From positions 448,001 to 512,000 of the forward strand of contig CAWCLO010000001.1 in NCBI GenBank assembly GCA_963796455.1: 64,000 nucleotides of DNA, given 5' to 3'. This DNA is from Candidatus Sulfomarinibacteraceae bacterium. GTDB lineage: Bacteria > Acidobacteriota > Thermoanaerobaculia > Thermoanaerobaculales > Sulfomarinibacteraceae. Both the position numbers and the translations under genes were made by a program. Below are positions 58,724-64,000 of the stretch, piece by piece (positions within the stretch are counted from its first letter, which is position 1; each line of letters starts with the position of its first letter). Below the pieces are notes generated by a model. It did not search any database. It was not told the DNA's origin and worked only from the letters and a program-made list of their open reading frames with translations.

Positions 58724-61663
58724 TCAATTCGCCTGGCGGTGTTGATCGAGATTCGACAGCCTGTTCGACACATCCCGGTACGAGGGGTCGGCCGCCATCA
58801 GCTCCTGGAATATCTCTTGCGCCTGGTCGATATCACCGGCCGCTTCGTAAGCAGCTGCGAGGTCGTAGCGAAGCCCGATGCGGGCATCTTCAGAGAGATC
58901 GGGTGCCACCAAGGCCTTTTGATACCACTCCGCCGCCTCGGACCACATTCCCTGCTCCTGATAGCAGACCCCGATGGTCGCACAACTGTCGACAAAGTAT
59001 GCAGTGTCTCGCGACGCCACCTGAAATTCTCGAATCGCTTCGGGCAACAACCCCATCTCACGGTACGCGATACCGAGGTTGTAGTGGGTGTCCGAATCCT
59101 CTTCCGACAATTGTTCGGCAACGCCCTTCTGGAATTCCCGGAAGACTTCTTCCAATATCGCCTCGCCCTTGCCACGACCGGTCGCTTCGTCGACCATCGC
59201 CTCCTCCGCGGCCAGCTCCGCTTCGAGTTCCTTGGCGAGATCGATATATTGTTCCTCGTCCGCAAAGAGTTCTTCCGCACCCTCTTCGACGGCTTCGACC
59301 TGTCCGAGCAGAACCCCGACCTCCTTGAGTTTAAGCCGCCGTTCGACGACCTCCGGGTCCTCACCGTGTTCTTCTTCGAGCTTTGCCAACACACGGGCGG
59401 CGTCCTCGTAGAGATCCTGATCGATGAAGAAGTCGATCTGCTCGAGGTCTCCCATCGAAGGACCGACAAAGCTGTCGGTAATTTCGACCAACTCGTCCGG
59501 CACTTCTTCGACAACCAGAGGCATCTCTTCCACAACCGGCTGCGCCGGCTCTTCAGCAACAACCTGGGCTTCGGGCTCTTCGACGACCCGAGCCATTTCA
59601 GGCTCTTCGATCGCCACGATTTCGGGCTCCTCGGCTGTCACCGCTTCCGACTCGTCGACAGCGGCCGACTCGTCGATCTCGGCTGCGACCACCGGCTCTT
59701 CAGGCACGCTGGGCGGTTCCGGCAGATCGATCTGCTCTGCAACCGCCTCCACGACCTCGGCCGTTTCGTCGGCGACGCCCATCCCTGAAGCAAAATCGAC
59801 AGGAAACTCCTCGACTTCGAGCACCTGATCTTCGGCCGGCGGAATTGACATCTCACCTTCGATGTCCACGACCTCGATCAGATCGCTCTCTTCATCAACA
59901 AACTCGGCCGCCGGCGGTTCCGAGCTCGCAACAGCCTCGTCGCCGCCGGTCGAATCTTCCGCGAGCTCCACCGGTTCACCTGAAGTCACCAGTGTCGGGA
60001 CGTCGGCGTCAGCCGACGGGACCGATCCGTCGACGATTTCGGGTAAGACATTGACGAGGTCGGCCAGCTCATCCATCGAGTCCTGGGCACGATGATGCTC
60101 CACCAACGGTCCAGCCATCGAAACGGCCTTATCGCGGTCCCCCTGCTCTGCATACAGGAGAACCAGGCGTCGACGGGGCTCGAATTCATCCGGGCAAAAA
60201 AGGACCACATCCTCGAGATGGCTGACGGCTTTTTCTACCAGCCCGTACTTGGCAAAAACAGCAGCCTCGGCGAGCCGTTCCTGCAGATCGAACGAATCGG
60301 GCGCCGGAACCTCAGAACCCGACGGCGTCGATCGGGCGACTTTCTCGGTCTTTGGGGTCTCTTGGCCCGAAAGCGTCTCGGCTTCGATGACCTCGGCGAC
60401 TTCTTCTTCATCCTCTTCTTCATCGATCTCGATGACCTCGATATCGCCGTCTCGAAAGGTATCGTCGGTTCCGGGAGGCTGATGTACCTCGGCATTGACG
60501 CTATCGAGGGTCGACAATCGCTGCCGAAATTGCTGATTCTCGGGTTCGGTCTCTTGAACCTCGAGAAACAACCGCTTCGCCTTCTCGAGTTCTTTCGATT
60601 GGTAATAACTCTCAGCGAGTGCCGCCTTCAGGGTGAAAAGAGTTTCCGCCTCGTCGGAGGAGGCAAAGGCCCTGACGCCGAGCTGCAGAACCACCTGATC
60701 TTCAGGCAGTTCCTGAAGCAGATTTTTGAGCACGCGTTGCGCCTTTTTGGTCTTGCCCTTTTCGAGCATCGCCTCGATCACCGGGACGAGCATCTCGCGC
60801 GCTTCGTCGACCTCGCCTGAGGTCAGCAGCGCACCGCCCACCAGCGATCGCATCTCCGCGTTGTCGGGCTTCACGGCCAGAACTCTGTTGGCGATTTCCA
60901 TCGCCGCCTTGTTCTCGCCCATCGTCAGATGAGTGCGAACCAGTAGCGTGTTCAGTTCAACGTTCTCAGGCGAGGCGCCGACGGCCCAGTTCAGGAACTC
61001 GAGCACCACCGGAGTTCGGCCGGAGTCGAGAAAGACCTCGCAGACCTTGATCATGAAGTCGCCTTGCGGTGGATCCTGTTCGAGAACATGGCGATAGAGC
61101 CGCTCGGCCTCATCGAGCTTTTCAGCCTCGAGCAGCATCCCGCCGAGACGATCGTAGACTTTGAGAGCCGAATTGATTTCGCCCCGCCTCAAAAGGAGGT
61201 CGGCGAGCCGGAGCGCCGATACATGGTTCGACGGGTCCAGATCAACCAGCTTTTCGTGGCTCTCGATGGCCTTTTCGAGCTCTCCGTTTTTGACGTACCA
61301 ATCCGCGAGGATCTGATACTCGCGTTTCGCCTCGACCATCAAGCCCTGGTCAAAATAGAGATCGGCGAGGCGTTCGAAAATATCGAGGCGTTGCGGGTCC
61401 AGACGCTGAATTTTTTTCAGTATCGCGATGGCTTTGGTCGTGAACCCATCCTTGGTGAAATGGTCCGCGATTTCTTCGTACAACTCGATCGCACGCTGGA
61501 GCTGTCCAACCCGCCCGTACAGGTCTCCGACCCGGTTGATGATGGTCGTGTCGTCGGGAAAGCGCCTGCGGATCTTCTCGTACTCTTTGATGGCCTGCTC
61601 GAGCTTGCCCTTTTGGACCAGCTTTTCTGCATCCTTGAGGATCTTGTCCCGTTTTATGGCCAT
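58724..61663 (-). CDS. Large TPR-repeat protein with an acidic low-complexity linker
   Basis: N-terminal TPRs, E/P/V-rich middle, C-terminal THYNLGIAYREMGL TPRs. Confidence 0.85.
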   Translation of the reverse strand: MAIKRDKILKDAEKLVQKGKLEQAIKEYEKIRRRFPDDTTIINRVGDLYGRVGQLQRAIELYEEIADHFTKDGFTTKAIAILKKIQRLDPQRLDIFERLADLYFDQGLMVEAKREYQILADWYVKNGELEKAIESHEKLVDLDPSNHVSALRLADLLLRRGEINSALKVYDRLGGMLLEAEKLDEAERLYRHVLEQDPPQGDFMIKVCEVFLDSGRTPVVLEFLNWAVGASPENVELNTLLVRTHLTMGENKAAMEIANRVLAVKPDNAEMRSLVGGALLTSGEVDEAREMLVPVIEAMLEKGKTKKAQRVLKNLLQELPEDQVVLQLGVRAFASSDEAETLFTLKAALAESYYQSKELEKAKRLFLEVQETEPENQQFRQRLSTLDSVNAEVHQPPGTDDTFRDGDIEVIEIDEEEDEEEVAEVIEAETLSGQETPKTEKVARSTPSGSEVPAPDSFDLQERLAEAAVFAKYGLVEKAVSHLEDVVLFCPDEFEPRRRLVLLYAEQGDRDKAVSMAGPLVEHHRAQDSMDELADLVNVLPEIVDGSVPSADADVPTLVTSGEPVELAEDSTGGDEAVASSEPPAAEFVDEESDLIEVVDIEGEMSIPPAEDQVLEVEEFPVDFASGMGVADETAEVVEAVAEQIDLPEPPSVPEEPVVAAEIDESAAVDESEAVTAEEPEIVAIEEPEMARVVEEPEAQVVAEEPAQPVVEEMPLVVEEVPDELVEITDSFVGPSMGDLEQIDFFIDQDLYEDAARVLAKLEEEHGEDPEVVERRLKLKEVGVLLGQVEAVEEGAEELFADEEQYIDLAKELEAELAAEEAMVDEATGRGKGEAILEEVFREFQKGVAEQLSEEDSDTHYNLGIAYREMGLLPEAIREFQVASRDTAYFVDSCATIGVCYQEQGMWSEAAEWYQKALVAPDLSEDARIGLRYDLAAAYEAAGDIDQAQEIFQELMAADPSYRDVSNRLSNLDQHRQAN

Positions 61664-61762
61664 CTCGTCTCAATCTCCTCGATCAAAGCTATACCCAGGA
61701 TGGCACGTAACAACGCAGCCTCCCTGAACAATCTGGACTCATATCTGTCCTGATCCCAGGGT

Positions 61763-62347
61763 TTATGGTAGCACAGGCGACCACCGGAATCCGCGGCGAT
61801 GGAGTACGGTCGAACCGTGATTCTGCAAGCCCTTCCGGTGTTCGACAGTGCCGTAACCCTTGTTATTCTCCCACTTCCATTTCGGAAACCGGGTGGAGAG
61901 GTCGACCATGAGGCGGTCTCGGTGGACCTTTGCCACGATCGAGGCCGCGGCCACCGAAAAATAATCGCGGTCAGCACGGGTCGGCGACAGGACAGGACAA
62001 CCGAGATCGCCCGGATCGACGTGGTCAGTGACAACAACGCAATCGGGAGTCAGAAGTGCGCCTGCCGCAGAACGCATCGCCAGACGGGTCGCTTCGAGGA
62101 TATTCAATTCATCGATCAACTCGACCCAGATCTCGCAGAGCGCGTAGGACATCTCTCCCGCCAGGAGACGGGCCGCGACGGCTTCGCGGCGTCGTGGGGT
62201 CAATTGCTTGGAATCGCGAACCTCGGGATCGTCGGGGATGGACGAGAACGCTGCCGCGCCGACAACAACGGGGCCCGATAACGCTCCCCTTCCGACTTCA
62301 TCCACACCAATGATGAAATCGGCATCATCCAAGACACGGCGGTCCAT
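61763..62347 (-). CDS. rnhB: Ribonuclease HII
   Basis: GVDEVGRG, DSKQL, AAASIVAKV and KGYGT; follows rplS. Confidence 0.95.
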   Translation of the reverse strand: MDRRVLDDADFIIGVDEVGRGALSGPVVVGAAAFSSIPDDPEVRDSKQLTPRRREAVAARLLAGEMSYALCEIWVELIDELNILEATRLAMRSAAGALLTPDCVVVTDHVDPGDLGCPVLSPTRADRDYFSVAAASIVAKVHRDRLMVDLSTRFPKWKWENNKGYGTVEHRKGLQNHGSTVLHRRGFRWSPVLP

Positions 62348-62387
62348 TGATCCGAGTTTGTGCTGTCGCCCAGGAAACCGGGATCGG

Positions 62388-62732
62388 TCAGCGGCCACGC
62401 TCTTTGATCCGCGCCGCCTTACCGCGAAGGTTGCGGATGTAGTAAAGCTTGGCCCGCCGCACCTGTCCACGCCGGGAAACTTCGATCTTGGCGATGGACG
62501 GCGTGTGGAGAGGGAAGGTCCGCTCGACGCCGATTCCGGAAGAAATCTTGCGAACGGTAAAGGTCTCCGAAACACCGCCGTGCTTGCGCGCGATCACGAG
62601 ACCCTCAAAAATCTGAATGCGTTCTTTCTCGCCCTCTTTGAGGCGCACGTGGACCTTGACATTGTCGCCGGGGCGAAACTCGGGAATGTCGGTCTTCAAA
62701 TATTCTTGCGTCACTTCGCGAATGAGGTCCAT
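62388..62732 (-). CDS. rplS: 50S ribosomal protein L19
   Basis: FRPGDNV, GVERTFP and [16 protein letters not shown]. Confidence 0.98.
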   Translation of the reverse strand: MDLIREVTQEYLKTDIPEFRPGDNVKVHVRLKEGEKERIQIFEGLVIARKHGGVSETFTVRKISSGIGVERTFPLHTPSIAKIEVSRRGQVRRAKLYYIRNLRGKAARIKERGR

Positions 62733-62890
62733 CTTCGTCGCCTCCAAAGGAATCCCGATCCGCCTGGGCGGTACCGGGGCGGGGAGTATACATGCCTTCC
62801 CCAGCGAGGACAAGGGGTCGCGGGCTGCCCGCAGGGAAACGGAACGGGTCCCGTCGTTCGATGCTCGATACTGGATGCTAGATGCTAGAT

Positions 62891-63755
62891 CACTGCTGTC
62901 CAAGACATCATCTCAGACAGCGATCAGGGACGGCGACAGCGATCAGTGTTCAGCATCAGCGAACAGTAGTCAGCGTCACGTTTGACTGGTATGGAGCCCT
63001 GAAATCAAGACTTTGGGTTGAGTAAACGCCAGGTCATCGCACGGACTTGATCGAAGGCCTTCATCGCTTCACCGGCTCCATTCCGGTTGACCGCCCCAGC
63101 GTGGACGAGGAGCTCCAGGTGGCTGTCGACCTCTTTCGCCGAGGCGTAGGCGATTCTCCAGTGGTTCGATCGGTCTCTACCAATCGGCCGTGCCCTTCTG
63201 CCAGATTCGCAGGGACCGAACTTGCCGACCGGATGACCTGATCGGCAATGGACTTCAGCGGAGCTGGAACCCTCATCACGAGCTTGATCGCGATTCCTGC
63301 TGCTTCGAGGGCTTTCGAGTGGGCAACGAGGTTGGTGGTCGTGGCGGCTGAGGAAATGGTCACCTCCGGGTCGTTCATGCCCATATCCACAAGCCGGTGT
63401 GGTGGCCGATGTCAAGGATGCCCTGCACCCTGCCTGTCCTTGACATCGGCCGCCCACCGGCTACCTATTCTGTTGAACGACCCGGTGGTGGCCACTTCGC
63501 CGACTGGACTCCTGATCGCTGCCGCTGGACACTGATTGCTGATCTCCGTCGCTGATCCCTGTCGCTGACGCTGCCTCCTGTCGCTGTCCCTGCACCTTGG
63601 ACGCTGTCGCTGCCGCTGCAATTCGGACGCGGACGCGGACACGGGCACGGGCACGGGCACGGACAACCGCGAACCGGATATGCCAAAAACCAACCCGTAA
63701 ACCACGTGTTGTCAGGTGGGTAACTTTTCGTGAGATTCTGTTTTGGACAGCAGTG
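62891..63755 (-). mobile_element. 865-bp element with terminal inverted repeats carrying a four-helix-bundle gene; no transposase
   Basis: CACTGCTGTCCAAGACA / TGTTTTGGACAGCAGTG (16/17 IR); AT on both sides; inverted CAGCGA / TCGCTG degenerate arms. Confidence 0.85.
63005..63378 (-). pseudogene. Four-helix-bundle protein (23S IVS-protein / Avd-like family) with a 1-nt frameshift at about 63182
   Basis: DQVIRSASSVPANLAEGHGR then IAYASAKEVDSHL in another frame; the 22 kb copy reads CGA TTC GGT where this one reads CGA TT GGT. Confidence 0.85.
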
Positions 63756-63757
63756 AT

Positions 63758-64000
63758 GCGAGATGCTGGATCCCACAACCACTTGGCAGAGGGGCACGGG
63801 GGGAGAGGGGCGGAGGACAGCCCGGCATCCTCGCTATCGCTATCGGGATCGCTATCGCTATCGAACGGCTGCTGTGGATATCGACCTCGAAAGGTGGAAA
63901 GGAGCCGACGGGAAAGGGAGAACCACTCGGCACCAATTTCTCCTAAACGCGAATGTCGCCTCCCGATGTCATCCTGAGCGGAGCCCGCCCTGGGGCGTAG
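63758..64000 (+). repeat. Second copy of the 9.4-9.7 kb composite repeat (GCTATC array and GTCATCCTGAG REP), running off the window
   Basis: Shares GCAGAGGGGCA, CTCGCTATCGCTATCGG.ATCGCTATCGCTATCGA, GAAAGGGAGAACCAC and GAATGTCGCCTCCC.ATGTCATCCTGAGCGGAGCCC with 9470-9684. Confidence 0.8.

Noticed and set aside
63005..63378. Diversity-generating retroelement (four-helix bundle as Avd)
   Set aside because: No reverse transcriptase and no TR/VR pair differing at adenines in the window.
62891..63755. 23S rRNA intervening sequence
   Set aside because: No rRNA sequence flanks it; it lies upstream of rplS.

Overview
A GC-rich bacterial chromosomal segment. The gene content (an ELWxxDGT/PKD protein ending IFADGFESG, an AHxxGxxGTxWRSDL-type secreted protein) suggests Acidobacteriota, class Thermoanaerobaculia; this is inference only. 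Housekeeping genes are lepA, hemW, trpS, metK, nth, rnhB, rplS, an aroD-aroE fusion, mtgA and a pilT-like ATPase. There are two catabolic-looking clusters: (i) PLP enzyme / YgeY-like M20 hydrolase / YgeW-like carbamoyltransferase / MIO lyase with Ala-Cys-Gly / threonine-synthase-like enzyme, and (ii) Lrp / unknown protein / aminotransferase / homoserine dehydrogenase / aldehyde dehydrogenase. The window also holds glycosylation and sulfation genes and a DUF3179 selenoprotein (in-frame UGA in a UxxC motif, followed by a SECIS-like hairpin). The most unusual signal is intergenic. About 7 copies of an element with CACT...AGTG terminal inverted repeats occur; the longest (62891-63755) carries a four-helix-bundle gene and no transposase, and it sits at an AT inside a 7-mer tandem array. 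A GxxExxY gene is bracketed by inverted CACAGAG arrays, and several other spacers hold the same inverted short-tandem-array architecture with no gene inside. Starts were chosen by eye, and family calls come from motif recognition, not database searches.
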